From contig CAMNSU010000005.1 in assembly GCA_946555455.1 (NCBI GenBank), forward strand, positions 2,436 through 66,435: DNA of 64,000 bases. The letters run 5' to 3'. The stretch's first letter is position 1. Each line of letters begins with the position of its first letter. Below are positions 35,979 through 45,481 of the stretch, one piece after another. Origin of the DNA: an uncultured Clostridia bacterium. GTDB lineage: Bacteria > Bacillota > Clostridia > RUG12999. The notes under the pieces were generated by a model. That model had not been told where the DNA came from. It saw nothing but the letters and a program-made list of their open reading frames with translations, and did not search any database. The translations under genes were made by a program, and so were the position numbers.

Positions 35979-37730
35979 TTACTGCTCTTTTTTGATTGCG
36001 CCGAATTTACAAATATTCATGCAAAGTCCGCAGCCATTGCACTGCGTCGGGTCAATTTTCGCTTTACCGTCCGCAAACGTAATGGCGGGACATCCGATTT
36101 TCATGCACATTTTGCAGCCCTTACAAGCGTCTGTATCAATTTCGCACGGTTTGCCGTAGTCTACAAATTTCAGCAGCGCACAGGGACGGCGTGCAATAAT
36201 AACAGAAGGTTCGTCCGCCTCTGTTTCCTCCCGCACAACCTTTTCCACTTCCTCCACGTCAAACGGGTCTACCACACGGACACGTTCCACGCCAATCGCT
36301 TTTGCCAGCAGTTCCATATCCACACGGCGGGTTTCTTCGCCGCGAATGGTATATCCCGTTGTCGGATTGGGCTGGTGTCCTGTCATACCTGTGATAGCGT
36401 TATCCAAAATCATCACGGTAGACGCACCTTTGTTATACACAATGTCAATCAATCCGGTGATACCGGAGTGCATAAACGTAGAATCCCCAATGACCGCAAC
36501 CGCTTTTTTGCCAAAACCGCGTCCGTTTGCTTTTTCCATGCCGTGCAGTCCGCTGATACTTGCGCCCATGCACACGCAAACGTCAATCGCCTTCAGCGGT
36601 GCCGCCGCGCCCAGCGTATAACACCCAATGTCGCCGCTGACATGCAGATTCAATTTGTTCAACACATAGAAAATACCGCGGTGCGGACAGCCGGGACACA
36701 TAACCGGCGGACGTACAGGTACTTTTGCCGCTTCAAATTGCTGCGGCGCGCGGTTTTCCATTCCGGCGCGAATCAGTTCCGGCGTATATTCACCCAGCAG
36801 GGTGAATTTTTCTTTTCCAATCACTTTTACGCCAATGGAACGGCAGAACTCCTCCAAAAACGGGTCGAGTTCTTCAATGACATACACCTGTTCCACGTTT
36901 TGCGCAAATTCCTGAATTTTTTTCTCCGGCAGCGGATACACCATGCCGAGTTTCAAAAACGACGCGTCCGGCGCCGCTTCTTTGGCATATTGATAGGCAA
37001 TGCCGGAGGTGATGATACCGATTTTTTTGCTGTTATATTCTATTTTATTCAGTTCACTTGTTTCCGCATAGGCTGCTATATCCTTCATGCGCTGTTCCAC
37101 AAACACATGCCGGCCCTTTGCCATCGCGGGCATCATGACGTTTTTTGCAATATTTTTGCTATAGTCCCGCACGCCCACTTCTGTGCGCGATTCTTCCTCC
37201 ACCAAACTCTGAGAATGCGCCACGCGGGTCGTCAGACGTATGATAACCGGCGTGTCAAACCGTTCGCTGAGCTCGTACGCCGTTTTCACAAACGCCTTAC
37301 ATTCCCCGCTGTCTGCCGGTTCCAGCATGGGCAGTTTGGACGCTTTTGCATAATTGCGGCTGTCCTGTTCATTCTGGGAACTATGCATACCAGGGTCGTC
37401 TGCCACCACAATCACCAAACCGCCGTTCACGCCGGTATACGACGCAGTGAACATGGGGTCTGCCGCCACATTCATACCGACGTGTTTCATCGCAGACAGC
37501 GCACGCGCGCCGGTAATTGCCGCGCCGGTTGCCACTTCCACCGCCACTTTTTCATTGGTCGCCCATTCGCAGTATATTTCCTCATATTTGGACGCAAATT
37601 CCGTAATTTCTGTGCTGGGCGTGCCAGGGTAAGAAGATACCACCGTCACACCAGCTTCATATGCGCCGCGGGCAATTGCGGCGTTTCCCAACATCAATTT
37701 TTTCATTGTTTCCCGTTCATTCCTTTCCAC
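35979..37730 (-). CDS. iorA: Indolepyruvate ferredoxin oxidoreductase, alpha subunit (TPP plus 2x[4Fe-4S])
   Basis: 583 aa. The C-terminal ferredoxin cysteines read CEIDTDACKGCKMCMKIGCPAITF and CNGCGLCMNICKFGAIK. The TPP-binding region is CPGCPHRGIFYVL. Confidence 0.85.
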   Translation of the reverse strand: MERNERETMKKLMLGNAAIARGAYEAGVTVVSSYPGTPSTEITEFASKYEEIYCEWATNEKVAVEVATGAAITGARALSAMKHVGMNVAADPMFTASYTGVNGGLVIVVADDPGMHSSQNEQDSRNYAKASKLPMLEPADSGECKAFVKTAYELSERFDTPVIIRLTTRVAHSQSLVEEESRTEVGVRDYSKNIAKNVMMPAMAKGRHVFVEQRMKDIAAYAETSELNKIEYNSKKIGIITSGIAYQYAKEAAPDASFLKLGMVYPLPEKKIQEFAQNVEQVYVIEELDPFLEEFCRSIGVKVIGKEKFTLLGEYTPELIRAGMENRAPQQFEAAKVPVRPPVMCPGCPHRGIFYVLNKLNLHVSGDIGCYTLGAAAPLKAIDVCVCMGASISGLHGMEKANGRGFGKKAVAVIGDSTFMHSGITGLIDIVYNKGASTVMILDNAITGMTGHQPNPTTGYTIRGEETRRVDMELLAKAIGVERVRVVDPFDVEEVEKVVREETEADEPSVIIARRPCALLKFVDYGKPCEIDTDACKGCKMCMKIGCPAITFADGKAKIDPTQCNGCGLCMNICKFGAIKKEQ

Positions 37731-37826
37731 CGCCGCTGTTTCAGGCGGCAGGTCTCTCTATTTCAACCATATGGCATTCTGCGCCATATATGACATTTTC
37801 TCACATTTGCCGGCCGGATATTTTCC

Positions 37827-37858
37827 ATAGGCAAACAAAAGTCGAATCTTATGCCTAC
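37827..37858 (-). promoter_or_regulatory. Copy 2 of the conserved ~32-nt palindromic motif, in the paaK-iorA intercistronic spacer
   Basis: The + strand reads ATAGGCAAACAAAAGTCGAATCTTATGCCTAC. Confidence 0.5.
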
Positions 37859-37871
37859 CCCTCTGCCGGTT

Positions 37872-39161
37872 TTAGCGCAAATCTATCACGCGTTTTGCCT
37901 TGCCGGTGAACCGTTCCAGACTTTTGGGTTCCACCAGCGAAATTTTAGCATCAATTCCCAAAACGCTGTGCAGCCGTTCTTTGATGCGTTTGTTTGTCTT
38001 TTCCAGTTCTCCATAGGATTCCAGCAAAGAACCGTCCGTCAATTCCACTTTGATTTCCAGCGCGTCGGTAAATCCTTTTTTCGTCACAATCAACTGGTAA
38101 TGCGGCCCGATATGTTCCATACCGAGAATCACACTTTCCACCTGCGACGGGAACACGTTCACGCCTTTGATAATCAGCATGTCGTCGCTGCGTCCCTGAA
38201 TTTTGCTCATGCGCATGGTTTCCCTGCCGCAAGCGCACCGCTCCCGCCGGAGACTGGTAATGTCGCGCGTTCTGTAACGGAAAATCGGCAGCGCTTCTTT
38301 GGAAATTGTCGTCAACACCAATTCTCCCGTTTCACCTTCCGGCAGTACCTCACCCGTTTCCGGATTGATGATTTCCGCAATGAAATGGTCTTCGTTGATA
38401 TGCATACCACATTTGTGCGTACATTCGCCCGCCACGCCGGGACCCATGACCTCACTGAGCCCATAGTTTTCTGTTGCAATGATGCCAAAACGCCGTTCAA
38501 TTTCCGCGCGCATTTCTTCGGTGGAACCTTCTCCGCCGAACAATCCATATTTCAATTTGATGGTACTGCGGTCAACGCCTAATTCGTCCATCACTTCCGC
38601 AATATATAGCGCATAAGACGGCGTCCCCACCAATACAGTAGATTCAAAATCCTGCATGAGCATAATCTGTTTTCTGGTGTTTCCCGACGACATCGGCACC
38701 ACCGTTGCGCCGATTTTTTCCAGCCCATAGTGCAGACCGAACGCGCCGGTAAACAGTCCGTATCCAAACGCAATCTGCGCCGTATCCTCCGCACTCGCGC
38801 CGCCCATGGTCGCAATACGCGCAATACATTCCGCCCAGTTTTCCAAATCGCCCCTGGTATAGCCTACCACCGTCGGCTTGCCGGTGGTTCCGCTGGACGC
38901 ATGAATCCGCACGACATCGCGCCGCGGCACTGCAAACATGCCGAAAGGATAGTTGTCGCGCAAATCGTCTTTCATGGTAAACGGAAGTTTCTGCAAATCC
39001 TCCAGCGACTTGATGTTATCCGCGCTAACACCCGCTTTTTGCAGACGTTCTTTATGAAACGGATGGTTTTCCACCCTGCGTACTGTCTCTTTGAACCGTT
39101 CGAGTTGGATTTTCTGCATACCCGCCCGGTCCATGGTTTCTATTTCTTCATTCCAAATCAT
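37872..39161 (-). CDS. paaK: Phenylacetate--CoA ligase
   Basis: MIWNEEIETMDRAGMQKIQLERFKETV.. The AMP-binding motif is SSGTTGKPTVVGY. 429 aa. Confidence 0.88.
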   Translation of the reverse strand: MIWNEEIETMDRAGMQKIQLERFKETVRRVENHPFHKERLQKAGVSADNIKSLEDLQKLPFTMKDDLRDNYPFGMFAVPRRDVVRIHASSGTTGKPTVVGYTRGDLENWAECIARIATMGGASAEDTAQIAFGYGLFTGAFGLHYGLEKIGATVVPMSSGNTRKQIMLMQDFESTVLVGTPSYALYIAEVMDELGVDRSTIKLKYGLFGGEGSTEEMRAEIERRFGIIATENYGLSEVMGPGVAGECTHKCGMHINEDHFIAEIINPETGEVLPEGETGELVLTTISKEALPIFRYRTRDITSLRRERCACGRETMRMSKIQGRSDDMLIIKGVNVFPSQVESVILGMEHIGPHYQLIVTKKGFTDALEIKVELTDGSLLESYGELEKTNKRIKERLHSVLGIDAKISLVEPKSLERFTGKAKRVIDLR

Positions 39162-40642
39162 TTTTCCTTTGCCTCCTGTACTTGATATGGCATGACGTTT
39201 CTAATGTGAGCGTCATCAAATTTTTTCGTAAACAAACTAACCACCAGCGTCAAAACCACAGAAGCTACCATGGCATACATACCGAATTCCGGCGCGCGCG
39301 CTGCGTTAAAACCGCTGCCAATCATGAGCACCAGCAACGTACCAACGCCGCCCAGCATACCGCTCCACGCACCCGCTTTGGTGGTTCCTTTATACAAAAT
39401 CCCGCAGGCATATGGCCCCAAAAACGCGCCTGCAATCGCGCCCCAAGAAAAAGACATCAGCGTTAAAATGGGCGTCGGGAAATAGGCAATCACAAAGGAC
39501 AGCACCACAAACAACACGCACAAAACGCGCATGGTAATCACAACATTTTTTTGGCGCATATCCTTTTTCAATTGTCCTTGAATCAAGTCAATTGTCACCG
39601 TGGAACTGGAGGACAGCACCACAGAGGACAGCGTTGACATGGACGCTGAGAGTACCAGCAGCAAAATCAATGCCAGTACAAACTGCGGCAGCGCCGATTG
39701 CAGCAGCATTGGCATGATATGGTCATAGTTTTTGTTTGGCACTTCCTCAAAAAACAGCCGTCCGAATGCGCCGGAAAAATATGCGCCTGCGCCAATCAGC
39801 ACGCTGAACGCAGTGGAAATGACCGTCGCGCTGCGAATGGCTTTTGCATCACGTATCGCATAAAATTTATGTACCATTTGCGGCAGCGCCAATGCGCCGA
39901 CGCTGGACAAAAACATCAGGCAAAACAGACCATACCAGCCTTTGCCGCCCACGAAGCTAACCAGTTGACTGTCTATTTCCGAAAGCCGCTGCACACCCGT
40001 GCTCAAACCGCCTACAGGGTCGCTGTTCACCACAAAAAGCACCATCAAAACCACGCCGGCAATCATAATAATTCCCTGCACAAAATCCGTGATAGAACTG
40101 GTGAAATAGCCGCCCATTCCCAAATACAGCGCCGTCATCACTGCCATGAACAACATGCAGTATACATATTTAATCCCCAGCACTGTTTCAAACAAAAAGC
40201 TCAGCCCCATATATACCGAAGCGGCATATGGAATCAAAAATATGAAAATGATGATAGCGGAAACAATTTTCATTTTCTCGCTGTCATACCGTTTTGCAAA
40301 ATAGTCCGGCATGGTTTTGGCATCCAGTTTCTGCGTTGCCATACGCGTCTTTTTGGCAAACAGCAGCCACGCCAACAGGCAGCCCACCACAGCGTTTCCA
40401 ATCCCAATCCAAACGGCGGATAATCCGTAAATCCAGCCGGATTTTCCGGCATAGCCAATGAACATAACCGCTGAAAAATATGCCGTTCCATACGAAAATG
40501 CCGAAATCCACGGTCCAACATTTTTTCCCCCGAACAAAAATCCGTCCAGTGACTGGGATTTTTTCATGCCAACGATCCCAATGCTAAGCAAGATAACAAC
40601 AAACACGCCCAGCAGGATATAACTCCATACCATTCCTACCAA
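39158..40642 (-). CDS. Sodium:solute symporter (SSS family) membrane transporter
   Basis: 494 aa, multi-TM. The N-terminus ..KSQSLDGFLFGGKNVGPWISAFSYGTAYFSAVMFIGYAG is typical of SSS/PutP-like proteins. The stop overlaps the paaK start by 4 nt. Confidence 0.8.
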   Translation of the reverse strand: MVGMVWSYILLGVFVVILLSIGIVGMKKSQSLDGFLFGGKNVGPWISAFSYGTAYFSAVMFIGYAGKSGWIYGLSAVWIGIGNAVVGCLLAWLLFAKKTRMATQKLDAKTMPDYFAKRYDSEKMKIVSAIIIFIFLIPYAASVYMGLSFLFETVLGIKYVYCMLFMAVMTALYLGMGGYFTSSITDFVQGIIMIAGVVLMVLFVVNSDPVGGLSTGVQRLSEIDSQLVSFVGGKGWYGLFCLMFLSSVGALALPQMVHKFYAIRDAKAIRSATVISTAFSVLIGAGAYFSGAFGRLFFEEVPNKNYDHIMPMLLQSALPQFVLALILLLVLSASMSTLSSVVLSSSSTVTIDLIQGQLKKDMRQKNVVITMRVLCVLFVVLSFVIAYFPTPILTLMSFSWGAIAGAFLGPYACGILYKGTTKAGAWSGMLGGVGTLLVLMIGSGFNAARAPEFGMYAMVASVVLTLVVSLFTKKFDDAHIRNVMPYQVQEAKEK

Positions 40643-40664
40643 TCCTTCCTTTTGTCAATCTAAA

Positions 40665-40696
40665 GTAGGCAAACAAAAGTCAAATCTCATGCCTAC
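40665..40696 (-). promoter_or_regulatory. Copy 3 of the conserved ~32-nt palindromic motif, ~25-55 nt upstream of the SSS transporter start
   Basis: The + strand reads GTAGGCAAACAAAAGTCAAATCTCATGCCTAC. This is a perfect 7-bp inverted repeat (GTAGGCA / TGCCTAC) around a conserved 18-nt core. Confidence 0.5.
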
Positions 40697-40810
40697 ACTC
40701 GTCCTACTATATAACATGATACTATAAAATTCACAAAAAAGAAAGACCTTTTTACAACTTTTTTCGCAAAACCGGCATTCTATTCAAAAAAACATACAAA
40801 AAAGGACGGG

Positions 40811-41587
40811 TTATACCCGTCCTACAACATTACGGTTGACCTGTGAGCAAACAACTTCCACTTCCGGCAAATTGCTCCGGCACCAATCTGCTAAAATCTG
40901 CATTGCATATTTTTCCGTTTCATAATGCGGCGCAACAATCACGTTCAACCCCATATTATAAGCGTCCCGCGCACCGGAATACTTCACGTCTCCGGTAATA
41001 TATACATCGCAAAGTTCCCGCAACTCCGGCGAAATAAACGAACCGCCGCCGCCGCTGCAAATCGCCACTTTACGGACAAGCCTGTCCGCATTACCAATCA
41101 ATTCCACACTGTCCAGCCCCAATTTCTTTGCCACAGATTTCGCCAAATCCCCAAGCCGCTGCGGCTGAATTTCACCAATGCGCCCCAAATTTTCTTCTCC
41201 CGCAAGACCGATTGGACGCACCCGCTGCAATTCATATAGCTTTGCCAAATAATCATTGGTGCCGCCCTCTGCAGCGTCCAAATTGGTATGCGCTGAAAAA
41301 ATGGCAATGCCATAACGCGCTGCCGACAAAATGCAGCGTCCTGCATATGTATCGTTTGTCACTGTTTTCATTGGTGAGAAAATCAGCGGGTGATGTGCAA
41401 CAATCATATCTGCGCCGCATTTAACCGCTTCCGCAACCACCCATTCGTCCACATCCAGCGCCGTTAAAATCTTCGTGACCTTTGCGCCCCTATCTCCCAC
41501 CATAAGCCCCACATTATCCCATTCCTGCGCTAAGCTGCGCGGTGCCAACTTTTCCAAGCAGCTTATTACATTCTGCACTGTTTCCAT
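40811..41587 (-). CDS. Nif3-family dinuclear metal centre protein (GTP cyclohydrolase 1 type 2 homolog, YqfO-like)
   Basis: 258 aa. ..ADMIVAHHPLIFSPMKTV.. The conserved position after trmK matches Bacillus yqfN-yqfO. Confidence 0.8.
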   Translation of the reverse strand: METVQNVISCLEKLAPRSLAQEWDNVGLMVGDRGAKVTKILTALDVDEWVVAEAVKCGADMIVAHHPLIFSPMKTVTNDTYAGRCILSAARYGIAIFSAHTNLDAAEGGTNDYLAKLYELQRVRPIGLAGEENLGRIGEIQPQRLGDLAKSVAKKLGLDSVELIGNADRLVRKVAICSGGGGSFISPELRELCDVYITGDVKYSGARDAYNMGLNVIVAPHYETEKYAMQILADWCRSNLPEVEVVCSQVNRNVVGRV

Positions 41588-42252
41588 TGTTTCCGTCTCT
41601 CCTCATAACATGTTTTTATTGTTTCAAAATGTTTGATAACCTCTTCCCTGCCGGATCCTTCCAGTTGTTCCAATGCGTGTGATGCCTGTGAAATTTTTAA
41701 ATCCATATATGCGCCAAACTGTTCGTCCTTCAGCAACAGCGGCGAAATCAAATAGTCCTGTTCGCTCCAATAGGGACATGCACCGCGCCGCGCTTTCATC
41801 ACAATATAAAATTTATTGTCCTCGCGCGCAATTTTTTCCTGCACCAGTGTAAATCCGATTTTATGTACTTTTTTCCGCACATCTTCAAGGTCTGTCATAG
41901 GCTGTAACACCAGCGTTTTCACGCTCTTTGGCGCACGCTCCAAAATCCGGCAAATTAACTCGCCGCCCATACCTGCAATCACCGCGGTATCCACTTCGTC
42001 CTGTCCCAGACCTTCCATGCCGTCTGCTCTGCATAGACGCATATTTTCTCCTACACCGTATTTCAGCGTATTTTCACGCGCTTTATCCAGCGGTCCAATA
42101 TGTACGTCGGACGCTACGGCATATCGGATTTTTCCCAGCGTCAATAAATAAATAGGAATGAACCCATGGTCTGTGCCAATATCCGCCAGCCTGCACCCCT
42201 CGTCCACCATATTCGCAATCGTGCGCAGCCGCTCCGTCAGCGTGATTCCCAT
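41566..42252 (-). CDS. trmK: tRNA (adenine22-N1)-methyltransferase
   Basis: The ATG at 42252 (MGITLTERLRTIANMVDEGCRLADIGTDHGFIPIYL) has an AGGAG RBS 9 nt upstream. The track ORF extends to 42312. It is a class I SAM MTase. Confidence 0.8.
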   Translation of the reverse strand: MGITLTERLRTIANMVDEGCRLADIGTDHGFIPIYLLTLGKIRYAVASDVHIGPLDKARENTLKYGVGENMRLCRADGMEGLGQDEVDTAVIAGMGGELICRILERAPKSVKTLVLQPMTDLEDVRKKVHKIGFTLVQEKIAREDNKFYIVMKARRGACPYWSEQDYLISPLLLKDEQFGAYMDLKISQASHALEQLEGSGREEVIKHFETIKTCYEERRKQWKQCRM

Positions 42253-42334
42253 AGTTGTTGCTCCTCTCGCCGCCTTTTTCAACAGTATCCCCCGCCTCTT
42301 TTGTTTGCGCAAAGGAGACGGGGGTCATTTTTTA

Positions 42335-43408
42335 TTATAAATAATCTTTCAGTTTTTTGCTGCGGCTGGGGTGCCGTAATTTTCTAAGCGCTTTTGCTTC
42401 AATTTGACGGATACGTTCCCGGGTGACATTGAATTCTTTACCGACTTCCTCCAGCGTTCTTGCCCTTCCGTCCTCCAGTCCAAACCGCAGGCGCAGCACT
42501 CTCGCTTCCCGCGCTGTCAACGTTTCCAGCACATCTTTGAGCTGTTCTTTCAGCAGCATATAAGACGCTGCCTCCGCCGGCGCCGGTGCCTCATCGTCCG
42601 GAATAAAGTCGCCCAGATGACTGTCCTCCTCCTCGCCAATCGGTGTTTCCAGCGACACCGGTTCCTGTGCGATTTTCATGATTTCACGCACTTTGTCATA
42701 AGACATATTGAGTTCCTTTGCCAATTCGTCCGGTTTGGGTTCCCGCCCCAATTCCTGCAACAGGCGGCGGCTCTCCCGAATCAGTTTATTAATGGTTTCC
42801 ACCATATGCACAGGAATCCGAATCGTTCTCGCCTGGTCGGCAATCGCCCTTGTGATTGCCTGACGAATCCACCATGTTGCATAGGTAGAAAACTTAAACC
42901 CTTTGTCATAGTCAAACTTTTCCACCGCTTTAATCAGTCCCAGATTCCCCTCCTGAATCAAATCCAGAAACATCATGCCACGCCCCACATAGCGTTTAGC
43001 AATGCTGACCACCAGACGCAAGTTTGCTTCCGCCAGTTTGCGTTTGGCGTCCATATCTCCTTCACTCATACGCCGGGCAAGCGCGTTTTCTTCCTCCGCT
43101 GTGAGCAGGGGGACCTTTCCGATTTCTTTGAGATACATACGGACAGGGTCGTCAATGCTGATTCCCTCCGGCAGTGTCAAATCAATTTTTTCCTCACCGC
43201 TGGACTGAATCTCTTCCAGTTCCTTGTCCAAGTCCTTTACCACTTCAATTCCTGCCGATTCCAGATTTTCATAGACCGCTTCAATCTGGGCAGGCGTCAA
43301 TTCCAGTTCGCATAGGCCTACGGCAATATCCTTATAAGATAGTACGCCCTTTTTCTTGCCCATTTCGACCAGTTCTGCCACTTTTTGCTGTAACAGGTTT
43401 TTCTCCAT
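42335..43408 (-). CDS. sigA: RNA polymerase primary sigma factor
   Basis: Region 2 reads [54 protein letters not shown]. The region 4 HTH is present. Confidence 0.95.
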   Translation of the reverse strand: MEKNLLQQKVAELVEMGKKKGVLSYKDIAVGLCELELTPAQIEAVYENLESAGIEVVKDLDKELEEIQSSGEEKIDLTLPEGISIDDPVRMYLKEIGKVPLLTAEEENALARRMSEGDMDAKRKLAEANLRLVVSIAKRYVGRGMMFLDLIQEGNLGLIKAVEKFDYDKGFKFSTYATWWIRQAITRAIADQARTIRIPVHMVETINKLIRESRRLLQELGREPKPDELAKELNMSYDKVREIMKIAQEPVSLETPIGEEEDSHLGDFIPDDEAPAPAEAASYMLLKEQLKDVLETLTAREARVLRLRFGLEDGRARTLEEVGKEFNVTRERIRQIEAKALRKLRHPSRSKKLKDYL

Positions 43409-43468
43409 ATAGATCCTCCTAAAATTCCCGCCCGGGTATGTATCAAGGTATTTTGTTTATGTGAATGG

Positions 43469-45247
43469 TTATTTTTTTAACGATTTGAGCAGTTTGTCCA
43501 GTTCTTCTGCACTGCCTATTTGCGCTGCCTGCGCATTCTTGCGTCTTCCCTCAATGGTTTGGAAAATATCCTCCGCCGCTTTGACATTATCGGCATAGGG
43601 CAGTTCGCGCGACGCTGCCACCGATATTTCCCGCGCCTGCTCCGCTTCCATCTGTCCCAAAATCAACGGCATATCCGGAACTTGTCCGCTGTCCCACTGC
43701 TGATAGACCTTCTGCATAAAGTTGTGCGCCGCAGGGGTTTTGAAAAAATCCGTCTCTGCCCGCTCCCGCATGGCAAGATATACCTGCTTGTCCGTACAAA
43801 TCAAATTTGCCAGCATTCCTTCATATAACTCTGTCTGGATATCCTTATGCTGCACCCTGTTTTGGACAAGCTGCCTGTTTTTGGCTCTTTCAATCTCATT
43901 ATTTCTATTTTTTTCAATATTATACTGATTTTCTCGAATCTGCGCAAATATCGCGTCCTCACTCACGCCGGACTCCGCCGCCGCTTCACGCACCAATATC
44001 TCCCGTTCAATGGGATTGCTTACTTTGGCAAAAAGCTTTGCCAGTTCATTTAAGAACTCAATTTTTTCTTCCAGATTTCCCAAATCATATTGCTTTTTCA
44101 ATTCTCCCACTTGGTACATCATGCTGTTTTCTGATTTCCCGAGCAACCTTGCAAATCCCTGCGCGCCCTTCTTTTTGATGAATTCGTCCGGGTCTTTGGC
44201 GTCCGTCACATGCAATACCTTTGTGCGGATATTCACACGCTGCAACAATTCCAGCGCCCGTTCCGTCGCCTTTCGCCCCGCGTCGTCACTGTCATAGCAA
44301 AGCACCACTTCTTTGGTATACCGCGCCAGCATTCCCACGTGATTGCTGGTGATTGCCGTACCCAGCGTTGCCACCGCGTTTTGAAATCCTGCGCGGTGCA
44401 AAGCAATAACGTCCATATACCCCTCCGCCACAATAATTTGCTCACTGCAATACCGTTTTGCAAAGTTGAATGCAAACAGAGTTTTATTTTTGTTGAAAAT
44501 CGGCGTATCCGGCGAATTGAGGTATTTGGGCTGTCCATCATCCAAAATCCGTCCGCCAAATGCAATGACATTGCCGCGGATATCAATAATAGGCACCATC
44601 AGTCTGCCGCGGAAAAAATCATAGTACTTGCCGTTTTTCCCTTGGCGCGCCAGTCCCGCTTCCTCTATCAACGCTTCGTCATATCCCTTTCCCTTTAAAA
44701 AGCGCACGCATTCATCAAATTTATCCGGCGCATAGCCCAAACCAAAATGCTTGGCAGTCTTAACGTCCAGCCCGCGCTGCACCAAATAATCCCGCCCGGG
44801 TTTGCCCGCCTCACCATATAAAATGTCCACATAGAATCGTGCGGTATGACGGTACATCTCCAGCATTTTTTTCTTTTTGGCATAAAACGCGCTGTCATCT
44901 GCTTTTTCATTGCCCTCCGGCAACTGAATGCCCGCTCGCTGCGCCAAAAACTGAATGGTTTCCACAAAATCCAGATTTTCAATTTTTTCAATGAACTGAA
45001 TCACACTGCCGCCTTCGCCACAGCCAAAACAATGATACAACTGTTTTTCCTGCGACACGGTAAACGACGGCGTTTTTTCATTGTGAAACGGACACAGCCC
45101 TTTGTAACTTCTGCCCGCCTTTTTTAGCTGCACGTAACCGGCGATTACATCTACCAAATCATTCGCCATGATGATTTCATTGATTAATTCTTCGGGATAA
45201 TACGATGCCACGATTCTCTTCTCTCCTCTAATGGACTGCTTCTTCAT
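43469..45247 (-). CDS. dnaG: DNA primase
   Basis: The zinc-binding domain is CPFHNEKTPSFTVSQEKQLYHCFGCGEGG. The TOPRIM motif is EGYMDVIAL. 592 aa. Confidence 0.95.
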   Translation of the reverse strand: MKKQSIRGEKRIVASYYPEELINEIIMANDLVDVIAGYVQLKKAGRSYKGLCPFHNEKTPSFTVSQEKQLYHCFGCGEGGSVIQFIEKIENLDFVETIQFLAQRAGIQLPEGNEKADDSAFYAKKKKMLEMYRHTARFYVDILYGEAGKPGRDYLVQRGLDVKTAKHFGLGYAPDKFDECVRFLKGKGYDEALIEEAGLARQGKNGKYYDFFRGRLMVPIIDIRGNVIAFGGRILDDGQPKYLNSPDTPIFNKNKTLFAFNFAKRYCSEQIIVAEGYMDVIALHRAGFQNAVATLGTAITSNHVGMLARYTKEVVLCYDSDDAGRKATERALELLQRVNIRTKVLHVTDAKDPDEFIKKKGAQGFARLLGKSENSMMYQVGELKKQYDLGNLEEKIEFLNELAKLFAKVSNPIEREILVREAAAESGVSEDAIFAQIRENQYNIEKNRNNEIERAKNRQLVQNRVQHKDIQTELYEGMLANLICTDKQVYLAMRERAETDFFKTPAAHNFMQKVYQQWDSGQVPDMPLILGQMEAEQAREISVAASRELPYADNVKAAEDIFQTIEGRRKNAQAAQIGSAEELDKLLKSLKK

Positions 45248-45281
45248 TTCAAAAAGCTTGTCCCACTTGGCACATTTTCAT

Positions 45282-45356
45282 TAGGCTGATGGGAATCAGC
45301 CTAAGCATAAGAGAGAGTTAGACACTTTCGCCATGCCAGCTTTGATTCTCTTATGC
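45282..45356 (-). other. Two adjacent stable hairpins in the dgt-dnaG intercistronic leader
   Basis: TAGGCTGA-tgggaa-TCAGCCTA is an 8-bp perfect stem. GCATAAGAGA-(32 nt)-TCTCTTATGC is a 10-bp perfect stem. Neither is followed by a U-run on the sense strand. Confidence 0.45.
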
Positions 45357-45481
45357 CTATATTCGACAAACAATGTGAAAACCCTTTTTATTTTTGTCAG
45401 AATTTATATTCTTGTTTAAAATCACGGCGCTTTCCTGCGAAAGTACCATTTCAATTGGAAATTGTATACAAATTTTTTCTA

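Noticed and set aside
35673-37793. 706-aa + strand ORF, and other long ORFs antisense to real genes (54843..56018 -, 57579..58463 -, 58385..59197 -, 61045..62031 -, 21072..21782 +, 2039..2692 +)
   Set aside because: Each lies entirely inside a well-supported gene on the opposite strand (iorA, smc, ftsY, UPF0182, ftsH, SLH or lyase genes). Their translations are low-complexity R/C/H-rich with no motifs. They are typical antisense open frames of GC-rich coding DNA.
45378-45400. Fourth copy of the leader motif near ATATTCGACAAACAATG upstream of dnaG
   Set aside because: It shares only the TTCGAC/CAAACAA words. The inverted-repeat arms and the rest of the 18-nt core are absent.
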